Assembly (NCBI RefSeq): GCF_006345805.1
Contig: NW_021832038.1
Span: forward strand, 1 to 33,449
Length of the DNA stretch: 33,449 bases
Direction: 5' to 3'
Source: Octopus sinensis
Taxonomy: Eukaryota
Part shown: in pieces, positions 1 to 26,701 of the stretch
Layout of the letters: every line of letters begins with the position of its first letter
Position numbering within the stretch: position 1 is the stretch's first letter
Program-made: the position numbers and the translations under genes
The notes under the pieces: generated by a model
The model's input: the letters and a program-made list of their open reading frames with translations, nothing else
What the model was told of the DNA's origin: nothing
Databases searched by the model: none

Positions 1-137
1 GAACGTCTAAACGTGTGTGGTGTGTGTGTGTGAAGGTAGGTGGTAGAAAAGGGTCTCTTGTTTAAGAATCAATATATTTATCCCAATACATCATAATTGA
101 CACAAAACTTAAGACAAAAATATTAATAAATTCTTAC

Positions 138-460
138 TTTTTCGGAAATTCTTGTTGACTTCATTCACAATTCCTGTTTGTTTACAATCGTTACTCATTA
201 AAATCCTTTTAAGTAATATGTATTCATACAAGCTCAAACTTACAAACAATATTCAGTGAATAAACAAGGCAAATATTTTCAGATTGAAGACACAAAAGTC
301 CAGAAATTGAATTCAGATTTTTTACAAACTCGCCGCCATTAATATTGAAACGACAATCCCACAATGCTTTGCGAAAAGTCAGAAACTCATTTGCAGCCGC
401 TGTAGTTCCGTATTTGCTTCTTCTGACTTCATCTATTGCTGTCAAATTATTTATCTGTTA
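138..460 (-). promoter_or_regulatory. Possible promoter-proximal/first exon of a gene running left out of the window
   Basis: Minus strand ends ...CCGAAAAA|GTAAGA (donor GT at 137-136). A YY1-like GCCGCCATT lies at ~332-340, and CpG is retained despite an AT-rich background. The 224-445 ORF has no recognisable homology. Boundaries are a guess. Confidence 0.25.
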
Positions 461-470
461 GAATCTGCTT

Positions 471-482
471 CTCTCTCTCTCT

Positions 483-525
<43 letters not shown>
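471..525. repeat. (CT)n-(TA)n compound microsatellite
   Basis: Directly visible. Confidence 0.97.
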
Positions 526-526
<1 letters not shown>

Positions 527-898
527 TCAGTCCCTCACTCTATCAATTTTTTTCTAGAGTTACGAAGCATCACTAGGGGTGATTTTTCCCAAAGTCAAAC
601 GAAAAATCTCAAAATGTAATTCATTTACCTTCGTATATCGAGTGTAGAAAGTAACTTTCAATGAAATTTTTTTCCAGAAACCAAATATTTAACACAAATT
701 GCTTTAAAACAATCGAACGAGTCCATCGTCTTTCCATTATCTTTAACTTAAACATGGAGTTTAAGGTTTAAACTCTTGATTCCGATTTCAACGTCATGTT
801 AGTTTCGTATTCGTATCATAGACGAAATAACTGAGTTCAGATTTATTAAGAGAAGGTTAAAAACAGCAAAAAATATTTAAAAGTGTTTTTATTCAACG

Positions 899-903
899 AT
901 ATA

Positions 904-938
<35 letters not shown>

Positions 939-1017
939 GTATACATATATATATGTATACATATATATATATATGTATACATATATATATGTATACATAT
1001 ATATATGTATACATACA

Positions 1018-1062
<45 letters not shown>
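899..1062. repeat. (TA)n microsatellite with GTATAC interruptions
   Basis: Directly visible; source of the YI/IY ORFs. Confidence 0.97.
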
Positions 1063-1066
<4 letters not shown>

Positions 1067-1158
1067 TTTAAGCAGCAGAAAATAAAGCATATTACTCTAC
1101 CACTGGTATTTGAGTACTCTTTTTTCCACCTTGTTTCACATTTATGTGTTTACTCCGG

Positions 1159-1185
1159 TATATATATATGTATATATATATATGT

Positions 1186-1254
<69 letters not shown>

Positions 1255-1300
1255 ACATATATATATATATATATATATGTATACATATATATATATATAT
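1159..1300. repeat. (TA)n microsatellite flanking the RTE 3' end
   Basis: Directly visible; runs straight into the (CAT)n tail of the LINE. Confidence 0.97.
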
Positions 1301-1512
1301 CATCATCATCGTTTAACGTCCGTTCTCCATGCTAGCATGGGTTGGACGGTTCGACCGGGGATCTGGGAAGCCAGAAGGCTGCACCAGGCTCCAGTCTTAT
1401 CTGGCAGTGTTTCTACAGCTGGATGCCCTTCCTAACGCCAACCACTCCGTGAGTGTAGTGGGTGCTTTTTACGTGCCACCTGCACAGGTGCCAGGCGAGG
1501 CTGGCAACGGCC

Positions 1513-2274
1513 ACGGTCGGATTGGTGTATTTTATGTGCCACCGGCACGGAAGCCAGTCGATGCGGTGCTGGCATCGGCCACGAGTCGGATAGTGCTTTT
1601 TACGTACCACCAGACCAGGGATCCTGGCTGGTTCAATTCGATTTCGATTTCGCTTGCCCCAACATGTCTTCACAAGCAAAGGAGGTTGGCATGGGTGCCT
1701 GTCGTACGGTCGGATTGGTGTATTTTATGTGCCACCGGCACGGAAGCCAGTCGATGCGGTGCTGGCATCGGCCACGAGTCGGATAGTGCTTTTTACGTAC
1801 CACCAGACCAGGGATCCTGGCTGGTTCAATTCGATTTCGATTTCGCTTGCCCCAACATGTCTTCGCAAGCAAAGGGGGTTGGCATGGGTGCCTGTCGTAC
1901 GGTCGGATTGGTGTATTTTACGTGCCACTGGCACGGAAGCCAGTGGAGGCGGCGCTGGCATCGGTCACGAGTCTGATATTGCTTTTTACGTACCACCAGA
2001 CCAGGGATCCTGGCTGGTTCAATTCGATTTCGATTTCGCTTGCCTCAACATGTCTTCGCAAGCAAAGGGGGTTGGCATGGGTGCCTGTCGTACGGTCGGA
2101 TTGGTGTATTTTACGTGCCACCGTCACGGAAGCCAGTGGAGGTGGCGCTGGCATCGGCCACGAGTCGGATAGTGCTTTTACGTACCACCAGACCAGGGAT
2201 CCTGGCTGGTTCAATTCGATTTCGCTTGCCCCAACATGTCTTCGCAAGCAAGGGGGGTTGGCATGGGTGCCTGT
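1513..2274. repeat. 193-bp tandem repeat, ~4 copies, in the RTE 3' UTR
   Basis: CGGTCGGATTGGTGTATTTT recurs at 1514, 1707, 1900 and 2093; the fourth copy has small deletions. Confidence 0.95.
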
Positions 2275-2360
2275 TGTCGGATGAGGTTCTATATCGACTT
2301 CGCTTGCCTCAACAGGTCTTTGTGTCCAAGGGAGGAAAGGCATTCATAAGTGGGCTGGGC

Positions 2361-3446
2361 TCACTTGTGCTGCCTGGTCTTCTCACGTACAGCATATTTC
2401 CAAAGGTCTTGGTCGCTGGTCATTTCCTCAGTGAGGCCTAAAGTTCGAAGGTCGTGCTTCACTACCTCGTCCCAGGTTTTCCTGGGTCTACCTCTTCCAC
2501 GGGTTCCCTCAGCTGCTAGGGATTGGCACTTTCTCACACACCTATCTTCATCCATTCTCGCCACATGACCATACCAGCGCAATCGTCTCTCTTGCACACC
2601 ACAACTGATGCTTCTTAGGTACAACATTTCTCTCAAGGTACTAACGCTCTGTCGAGTATGTACACTGACATTACACATCCATCGGAGCATACTGGCTTCA
2701 TTCCTCGCGAGCTTACGCATGTCCTCAGCAGTCACGGCCCATGTTTCACTGCCATGTAGCATGGCTGTTCGTACACATGCATCATACAGTCTGCCTTTTA
2801 TTCTTTGCGAGAGGCCTTTAGCCACCAGCAGAGGTAAGAGCTCCCTAAACTTTGCCCAGGCTATTCTTATTCTAGCAGTTACACTTTCAGCGCACCCACC
2901 CCCACTACTGACTTGGTCACCTAGATAATGGAAGCTATCAACTACTTCTAGTTTTTCCCCCTCGAAAGTCACGGAAGTTGTTTTCTGCAGATTTTCGGAG
3001 GTTAATGCTCCCGAGCATCTGCCACATACAAAAACTATCTTCCCAGTTAGCCTACCTTTGACATTGCTGCACCTCTTATGTGTCCATAGCTTACACTGGG
3101 TACATCTTATAGAGCTTCTACCTACGCCTCTACTACAGATCGAGCAGAGCCATCTACCTGAAGGGATTTGTGGTTTGCGTGCCTTCCTACTTATTAGGAC
3201 TTTGGTTTTAGCTAGGTTGACTCTAAGGCCCCTTGATTCTAAACCCACCTTCCAAACCTGGAACTTCTCCTCCAGTTCTGATAGTGACTCAGCAATTAGA
3301 GCAAGGTCGTCAGCGTTGAGGAGCTCCCAGGGACAACCTGTCTTGAATTCCTCCGTTATTGCCTGGAGGACTATGATAAATAGGAGGGGGCTGAGTACTG
3401 AACCCTGGTGGACCCCAACCTCTACATTGAATTCTTCTGTGTACAT
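2361..3446 (-). pseudogene. RTE reverse transcriptase, C-terminal ~360 aa (truncated, YADD->NADD)
   Basis: Open frame with RT motifs. It lacks the APE endonuclease and N-terminal RT, and the track's start Met comes from the microsatellite. Confidence 0.9.
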
Positions 3447-18336
<14,890 letters not shown>

Positions 18337-21300
18337 TGCAGAATCCGGTGCTCCCGTAGGTACATCAGAACAAGGTAAATACCTAGTAAGTCTGTAGCTT
18401 GTGCAGAATCCGGTGCTCCCGTAGGTACATCAGAACAAGGTAAATACCTAGTAAGTCTGTAGCTTGTGCAGAGTCCGGTGCTCCCGTAGATACATCAGAA
18501 CAAGGTAAATAACTAGTAAGTCTGTAGCTTATGCAGAATCTGCTGCTCCCGTAGGTACATCAGAACAAGGTAAATACCTCGAAAGTCTTTAGCTTGTGCA
18601 GAATCCGGTGCTCCCGTAGGTACATCAGAACAAGGTAAATTACTAGTAAGTATGTAGCTTGTGCAGAATCCAGTGCTCCCGTAGGTACATCAGAACAGGG
18701 TAATTACCTAGTAAGTCTGTAGCTTGTCCAGAATCCGGTGCTCCCGTAGGTACATCAGAACTAGGTAAATACCTAGTAAGTCTGTAGCTTGTGCAGAATC
18801 CGGTGCTCCCGTAGGTACATCAGAAGAAAGGTAAATACCTAGTAAGTCTGTAGCTTGTGCAGAGATCGGTGCTCCCGTAGGTACATCAGAACAAGCTAAA
18901 TACCTAGTAAATCTTTAGCTTTTGCAGAGACCGGTGCTCCCGTAGGTACATCAGAGCAAGCTAAATACCTAGTAGGTCTATAGCTTGTGCAGTGTCCGGT
19001 GCTCCCGTAGGTACATCAGAACAAGGTAAATACCTAGTCAGTCTGTAGCTTGTGCAGAGTCCGGTACTCCCGTAGGTACATCAGACCAAGGTAAATACCT
19101 AGTAAGTCTGTAGCTTGTGCAGAGTCCGGTGCTCCCGTAGGTACATCAGATAAAGGTAAATACCTAGTAAGTCTGTAGCTTGTGCAGAGTCCGGTGCTCC
19201 CGTATGTACATCAGAGCAAGGTAAATACCTAGTCAGTCTTTAGCTTGTGCAGAGTCCGGTGCTCCCGTAGGTACATCAGGGCAAGGTAAATACCTAGTCA
19301 GTCTGTAGCTTGTGCAGAGTCCGGTGCTCCCGTATGTATATCAGAACAAGATAAAAACCTAGTAATTCTGTAGCTTGTTCAGAGTCCGGTGCTCCCGTAG
19401 GTACATAAGAACAAGGTAAATACCTAGTAAGTCTGTAGCTTGTGCAGAGTCCGGTGCTCCCGTAGGTACATCAGAACAAGTTAAATACCTAGTAAGTCTT
19501 TAGCTTGTGCAGAATCCGGTGCTCCCGTAGGTACATCAGAACAAGGTAAATACCTCGGACGTCTTTAGCTTGTGCAGAATCCGGTGCTCCTGTAGGTACA
19601 TCAGAACAAGGTAAATACCTAGTAAGTCTGTAGCTTGTGCAGAATCCGGTGCTCCCGTATGTACATCAGAATAAGGTAAATACCTAGTAAGTCTGTAGAT
19701 TGTGCAGAATCCGGTGCTCCCGTAGGTACATCAGAACAAGGTAAATACCTGGTAAGTCTGTAGCTTGTGCAGAATCCGGTGCTCCGTAGGTACATCAGAA
19801 CAAGGTAAATAGCTAGAAAGTCTTTAGCTTTTGCAGAATCCGGTGCTCCCGTAGGTACATCAGAACAAGTTAAATACCTCGTAAGTATTTAGCTTGTGCA
19901 GAATCCGGTGCTCCCGTAGGTACATCAGAACAAGGTAAATACCTAATAAGTCTGTAGCTTGTGCAGAGACCGGTGCTCCCGTAGGTACATCAGAACAAGG
20001 TAAATACCTAGTAAGTCTGTAGCTTCTGCAGAGACCGGTGCTCCCGTAGGTACATCAGAACAAGGTAAATACCTAGTAAGTCTGTAGCTTGTGCAGAATC
20101 CGGTGCTCCCGTATGTACATCAGAAAAAGGTAAAAACCTAGTAAGTCTGTAGCTTGTGCAGAATCCGGTGCTCCCGTAAGTACATAAGAACAGGGTAAAT
20201 AGCTAGTAAGTCTGTAGCTTGTGCAGAATCTGGTCCTCCCGTAGGTACATCAGATAAAGGTAAATACCAAGTAAGTCTGTAGCTTGTGCAGAATCCGGTG
20301 CTCCCGTAGGTACATCAGAACAAGGTAAATACCTAGTAAGTCTGTAGCTTGTGCAGAGACCGGTGCTCCTGTAGGTACATCAGAACAAGGTAAATACCTA
20401 GTAAGACTGTAGCTTCTGCAGAGACCGGTGCTCCTGTAGGTACATCAGAACAAGGTAAATACCTTGTAAGTCTGTAGTTTGTGTAGAGTCCGGTGCCCCC
20501 ATAGGTACATCAGAACAAGGTAAATACCTAGTAAGTCTGTAGCTTGTGCAGAATCCGCTGCTCCCGTAGGTACATTAGAACAAGGTAAATACCTAGTACG
20601 TCTGTAGCTTGTGCAGAGACCGGTGCTCCCGTAGGTACATCAGAACAAGGTAAATACCTAGTAAGTCTGTAGCTTGTGCAGAGACCGGTGCTCCCGTAGG
20701 GACATCAGAACAAGGAAAATACCTTGTAAGTCTGTAGCTTGTGCAGAGTCCGGTGCCCCCATAGGTACATCAGAACAAGGTAAACACCTAGTAAGTCTGT
20801 AGCTTGTGCAGAGACCAGTGCTTCCGTAGGTACATCAGAACAATTTATATACCTAGTAAGTCTGTAGCATGTGCAGAGTCCGGTGCTCCCGTAGGTACAT
20901 CAGAACAAGGTAAATAACTAGTAAGTCTGTACCTTGTGCAGAGTCCGGTGCTCCCGTAGGTACATCAGAAAAAGGTAAATACCTAGTAAGTCTGTAGCTT
21001 GTGCAGAATCCGTTTCGCTCGTAGGTACATCAGAACAAGTTATATACCTAGTAAGTCTGTAGCTTGTGCAGAGTCCGGTACTCCCGTAGGTACATCAGAA
21101 CAAGGTAAATACCTAGTAAGTCTGTACCTTCTGCAGAGTCCGGTGCTCCCGTAGGTACATCAGAAATAGGTAAATACCTAGTAAGTCTTTAGCTTGTGCA
21201 GAATCCGGTGCTCTGGTAGGTACATCAGAACAAGGTAAATACCTAGTAAGTCTGTAGCTTGTGCAGAATCCGCTGCTCCCATAGGTACATCAGAACAAGG

Positions 21301-24300
21301 TAAATATCTAGTAAATCTGTAGCTTGTGCAGAGTCCGGTGCTCCCGTAGGTACATCAGAAAAAGGTAAATACCTAGTAAGTCTTTAGCTTGTTCAGAATC
21401 CGGTGCTCTCGTAGGTACATCAGAACGAGATAAATACCTAGTAAGTCTGTATCTTGTGCAGAGTCCGGTGTTCCCGCATGTACATCAGATCAAGGTAAAT
21501 AGCTAGTAAGTCTGTAGCTTGTGCAGAGTCCGGTGCTCCTGTAGGTACATCAGAACAAGGTAAATAGCTAGTAAGTCTGTAGCTTGTGCAGAGTCCGGTG
21601 CTCCCGTAGGTACATCAGAACAAGGTAAATACCTAGTAAGTCTGTAGCTTGTGCAGAGTCCGGTTCTTCCGTAGGTACATCAGAACAATGTAAATACCTA
21701 GTAAGTCTGTACCTTGTGCAGAGTCCGGTGCTCCCGTAGGTACATCAGAAAAAGGTAAATACCTAGTAAGTGTTTAGCTTGTGCAGAATCCGGTGCGCCC
21801 TTAGGTCCATCAGAACAATGTATATACCTAGTAAGTCTATAGCTTGTGCAGAGTCCGGTGCTCCCGTAGGTACATCAGAAAAAGGTAAATACCTAGTAAG
21901 TCTGTAGCTTGTGCAGAATCCGGTGTTCCCGTAGGTACATCAGAGCAAGGTAAATACCTAGTAAGTCTGTACCTTGTGCAGAGTCCGGTGCTCCCGTAGG
22001 TACATCAGAAAAAGGTAAATACCTAGTAAGTCTTTAGCTTTGCAGAATCCGGTGCGCTCGTAGGTACATCAGAACAAGGTATATACCTAGTAAGTCAGTA
22101 GCTTCTGCAGAGTCCGGTGCTCCCGTAGGTACATCAGAACAAGGTAAATAATTAGTAAGTCTGTAGCTTGTGCAGAGACCGGTGCTCCCGTAGGTATATC
22201 AGAACAAGGTAAATAACTAGTAAGTCTGTAGCTTGTGCAGAGTCCGGTGCTCCCGTAGGTCATCAGAACAAGGTAAATACCTAGTAAGTCTGTAGCTTGT
22301 GCAGAATCTGGTGTTCCCGTAGGTACATCAGAAAAAGGTAAATACCTAGTAAGTCTTTAGCTTGTGCAGAATCCGGTGCGCCCGTAGGTCCATCAGAACA
22401 AGGTATATACCTAGTAAGTCTATAGCTTGTGCAGAGTCGGTGCTCCAGTAGGTACATCAGAACAAGGTAAAAACCTAGTAAGTCTGTACCTTGTGCAGAG
22501 TCCGGTGCTCCCGTAGGTACATCAGAACAAGGTAAATACCTAGTAAGTCTGTACCTTGTGCAGAGGCCAGTGCTCCCGTAGGTACATCAGAACAAGGTAT
22601 ATACCTAGTAAGTCTGTACCTTGTGATGAGTCCGGTGCTCCCGTAGGTATATTAGAAAAAGGTAAATACCTAGTAAGTCTGTAGCTTGTGCAGAGTCCGG
22701 TGCTCCCGTAGGTACCTTAGAACAAGTTAAATAACTAGTAAGTCTTTAGCTTGTGCAGAATCCGGTGCTCCCGTAGGTACATCAGAACAAGGTAAATACC
22801 TCGTACGTCTTTAGCTTGTGCAAATCCGGTGCTCCTGTAGGTACATCAGAACAAGGTAAATACCTAGTAAGTCTGTAGCTTGTGCAGAAACCGGTGCTCC
22901 CGTATGTACATCAGAATAAGGTAAATACCTAGTAAGTCTGTAGCTTGTGCAGAATCCGGTGCTCCCGTAGGTACATCAGAACAAGGTAAATACCTAATAA
23001 GTCTGTAGCTTGTGCAGAGACCGGTGCTCCCGAAGGTACATCAGAACAAGGTAAATTCCTAGTAAGTCTGTAGCTTCTGCAGAGACCGGTGCTCCCATAG
23101 GTACATCAGAACAAGGTAAATACCTAGTAAGTCTGTAGCTTGTGCAGAATCCGGTGCTCCCGTATGTACATCAGAAAAAGGTAAAAACCTAGTAAGTCTG
23201 TAGCTTGTTCAGAATCCGGTGCTCTCGTAGGTACATCAGAACGAGATAAATACCTAGTAAGTCTGTATCTTGTGCAGAGTCCGGTGTTCCCGCATGTACA
23301 TCAGATCAAGGTAAATAGCTAGTAAGTCTGTAGCTTGTGCAGAGTCCGGTGCTCCTGTAGGTACATCAGAACAAGGTAAATAGCTAGTAAGTCTGTAGCT
23401 TGTGCAGAGTCCGGTGCTCCCGTAGGTACATCAGAACAAGGTAAATACCTAGTAAGTCTGTAGCTTGTGCAGAGTCCGGTTCTTCCGTAGGTACATCAGA
23501 ACAAGGTAAATACCTAGTAAGTCTGTACCTTGTGCAGAGTCCGGTGCTCCCGTAGGTACATCAAAAAAAGGTAAATACCTAGTAAGTCTTTAGCTTGTGC
23601 AGAATCCGGTGCGCCCGTAGGTCCATCAGAACAATGTATATACCTAGTAAGTCTATAGCTTGTGCAGAGTCCGGTGCTCCCGTAGGTACATCAGAACAAG
23701 GTAAATACCTAGTAAGTCTGTAGCTTGTGCAGAATCCGGTGTTCCCGTAGGTACATCAGAGCAAGGTAAATACCTAGTAAGTCTGTACCTTGTGCAGAGT
23801 TCGGTGCTCCCGTAGGTACATCAGAAAAAGGTAAATACCTAGTAAGTCTTTAGCTTTGCAGAATCCGGTGCGCTCGTAGGTACATCAGAACAAGGTATAT
23901 ACCTAGTAAGTCAGTAGCTTCTGCAGAGTCCGGTGCTCCCGTAGGTACATCAGAACAAGGTAAATAATTAGTAAGTCTGTAGCTTGTGCAGAGACCGGTG
24001 CTCCCGTAGGTATATCAGAACAAGGTAAATAACTAGTAAGTCTGTAGCTTGTGCAGAGTCCGGTGCTCCCGTAGGTTCATCAGAACAAGGTAAATACCTA
24101 GTAAGTCTGTAGCTTGTGCAGAATCTGGTGTTCCCGTAGGTACATCAGAAAAAGGTAAATACCTAGTAAGTCTTTAGCTTGTGCAGAATCCGGTGCGCCC
24201 GTAGGTCCATCAGAACAAGGTATATACCTAGTAAGTCTATAGCTTGTGCAGAGTCCGGTGCTCCAGTAGGTACATCAGAACAAGGTAAAAACCTAGTAAG

Positions 24301-26612
24301 TCTGTACCTTGTGCAGAGTCCGGTGCTCCCGTAGGTACATCAGAACAAGGTAAATACCAAGTAAGTCTGTACCTTGTGCAGAGGCCAGTGCTCCCGTAGG
24401 TACATCAGAACAAGGTATATACCTAGTAAGTCTGTACCTTGTGCAGAGTCCGGTGCTCCCGTAGGTATATTAGAAAAAGGTAAATACCTAGTAAGTCTGT
24501 AGCTTGTGCAGAGTCCGGTGCTCCCGTAGGTACCTTAGAACAAGTTAAATACCTAGTAAGTCTTTAGCTTGTGCAGAATCCGGTGCTCCCGTAGGTACAT
24601 CAGAACAAGGTAAATACCTCGTACGTCTTTAGCTTGTGCAGAATCCGGTGCTCCTGTAGGTACATCAGAACAAGGTAAATACCTAGTAAGTCTGTAGCTT
24701 GTGCAGAAACCGGTGCTCCCGTATGTACATCAGAATAAGGTAAATACCTAGTAAGTCTGTAGCTTGTGCAGAATCCGGTGCTCCCGTAGGTACATCAGAA
24801 CAAGGTAAATACCTAATAAGTCTGTAGCTTGTGCAGAGACCGGTGCTCCCGAAGGTACATCAGAACAAGGTAAATTCCTAGTAAGTCTGTAGCTTCTGCA
24901 GAGACCGGTGCTCCCATAGGTACATCAGAACAAGGTAAATACCTAGTAAGTCTGTAGCTTGTGCAGAATCCGGTGCTCCCGTATGTACATCAGAAAAAGG
25001 TAAAAACCTAGTAAGTCTGTAGCTTGTGCAGAATCCGGTGCTCCCGTAGGTACATAAGAACAGGGTAAATACCTAGTAAGTCTGTAGCTTGTGCAGAATC
25101 TGGTCCTCCCGTAGGTACATCAGATAAAGGTAAATACCTAGTAAGTCTGTAGCTTGTGCAGAATCCGGTGCTCCCGTAGGTACATCAGAACAAGGTAAAT
25201 AGCTAGTAAGTCTCTAGCTTGTGCAGAGACCGGTGCTCCCGTAGGTACATCAGAACAAGGTAAATACCTAGTAAGACTGTAGCTTCTGCAGAGACCGGTG
25301 CTCCTGTAGGTACATCAGAACAAGGTAAATACCTTGTAAGTCTGTAGTTTGTGCAGAGTCCGGTGCCCCCATAGGTACATCAGAACAAGGTAAATACCTA
25401 GTAAGTCTGTAGCTTGTGCAGAATCCGCTGCTCCCGTAGGTACATTAGAACAAGGTAAATACCTAGTACGTCTGTAGCTTGTGCAGAGACCGGTGCTCCC
25501 GTAGGTACATCAGAACAAGGTAAATACCTAGTAAGTCTGTAGCTTGTGCAGAGACCGGTGCTCCCGTAGGTACATCAGAACAAGGTAAATACCTTGTAAG
25601 TCTGTAGCTTGTGCAGAGTCCGGTGCCCCCATAGGTACATCAGAACAAGGTAAATACCTAGTAAGTCTGTAGCTTGTGCAGAGACCAGTGCTCCCGTAGG
25701 TACATCAGAACAAGGTATATACCTAGTAAGTCTGTAGCTTGTGCAGAGTCCGGTGCTCCCGTAGGTACATCAGAACAAGGTAAATACCTAGTAAGTCTGT
25801 ACCTTGTGCAGAGTCCGGTGCTCCCGTAGGTACATCAGAAAAAGGTAAATACCTAGTAAGTCTGTAGCTTGTGCAGAATCCGTTTCGCTCGTAGGTACAT
25901 CAGAACAATTTATATACCTAGTAAGTCTGTAGCTTGTGCAGAGTCCGGTACTCCCGTAGGTACATCAGAACAAGGTAAATACCTAGTAAGTCTGTACCTT
26001 GTGCAGAGTGCGGTGCTCCCGTAGGTACATCAGAAATAGGTAAATACCTAGTAAGTCTTTAGCTTGTGCAGAATCCGGTGCTCTGGTAGGTACATCAGAA
26101 CAAGGTAAATACCTAGTAAGTCTGTAGCTTGTGCAGAATCCGATGATCCCATAGGTACATCAGAACAGGGTAAATATCTAGTAAATCTGTACCTTGTGCA
26201 GAGTCCGGTGCTCCCGTAGGTACATCAAAAAAAGGTAAATACCTAGTAAGTCTTTAGCTTGTTCAGAATCCGGTGCTCTCGTAGGTACATCAGAACAAGA
26301 TAAATACCTAGTAAGTCTGTAGCTTGTGCAGAGTCCGGTGCTCCCGTAGGTACATCAGAACAAGGTAAATACCTAGAAAGTCTGTAGCTTGTGCAGAGTC
26401 CGGTTCTTCCGTAGGTACATCAGAACAAGGTAAATACCTAGTAAGTCTGTACCTTGTGCAGAGTCCGGTGCTCCCGTAGGTGCATCAGAAAAAGGTAAAT
26501 ACCTAGTAAGTCTTTAGCTTGTGCAGAATGCGGTGCGCCCGTAGGTCCATCAGAACAAGGTATATACCTAGTAAGTCTATAGCTTGTGCAGAGTCCGGTG
26601 CTCCCGTAGGTA
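18337..26612. repeat. Satellite 2: 65-bp unit, consensus TGTGCAGAGTCCGGTGCTCCCGTAGGTACATCAGAACAAGGTAAATACCTAGTAAGTCTGTAGCT, ~127 copies
   Basis: GAATCCGGTG at 18341 and 18406; continuous for ~8.3 kb and more homogeneous than satellite 1. Confidence 0.98.
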
Positions 26613-26701
26613 TTTACCTTGCTCTGATGTACCTACGGGAACACCGGATTCTGCACAAGCTACAGACTTACTAGGTATTTACCTTGTTCTGATGTACCTA
26701 C
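26613..26701 (-). repeat. Inverted terminal segment of satellite 2
   Basis: 26613-26694 is the exact reverse complement of 23689-23770; bounded by GTAGGTA (26606-26612) and TACCTAC (26695-26701). Confidence 0.95.

Larger units (their letters stand above)
1301..3446 (-). mobile_element. 5'-truncated RTE-clade non-LTR retrotransposon
   Basis: RT C-terminal half ([10 protein letters not shown], xADD, YLG, LRWYGHVARM, RGRGRPRKTW) followed by a long 3' UTR, the palindrome CCATGCTAGCATGG (1327-1340) and a (GAT)n tail; (TA)n on both sides. Confidence 0.93.

Noticed and set aside
224-445. 73-aa minus-strand ORF as a standalone gene or as the Ig gene's last exon
   Set aside because: No ATG start, no recognisable domain or TM segment, and no good polypyrimidine acceptor.
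883-1435. YI/IY-rich ORFs
   Set aside because: Translations of (TA)n microsatellites.
1329-2568. Overlapping ORFs on both strands
   Set aside because: GC-rich LINE 3' UTR tandem repeats and antisense frames of the RT.
18337-26612. Satellite hammerhead ribozyme or spliced-leader RNA array
   Set aside because: Minus strand has CTGATGT rather than CTGANGA and no GAAA core. There is no Sm site after the AAG|GTAAA motif.
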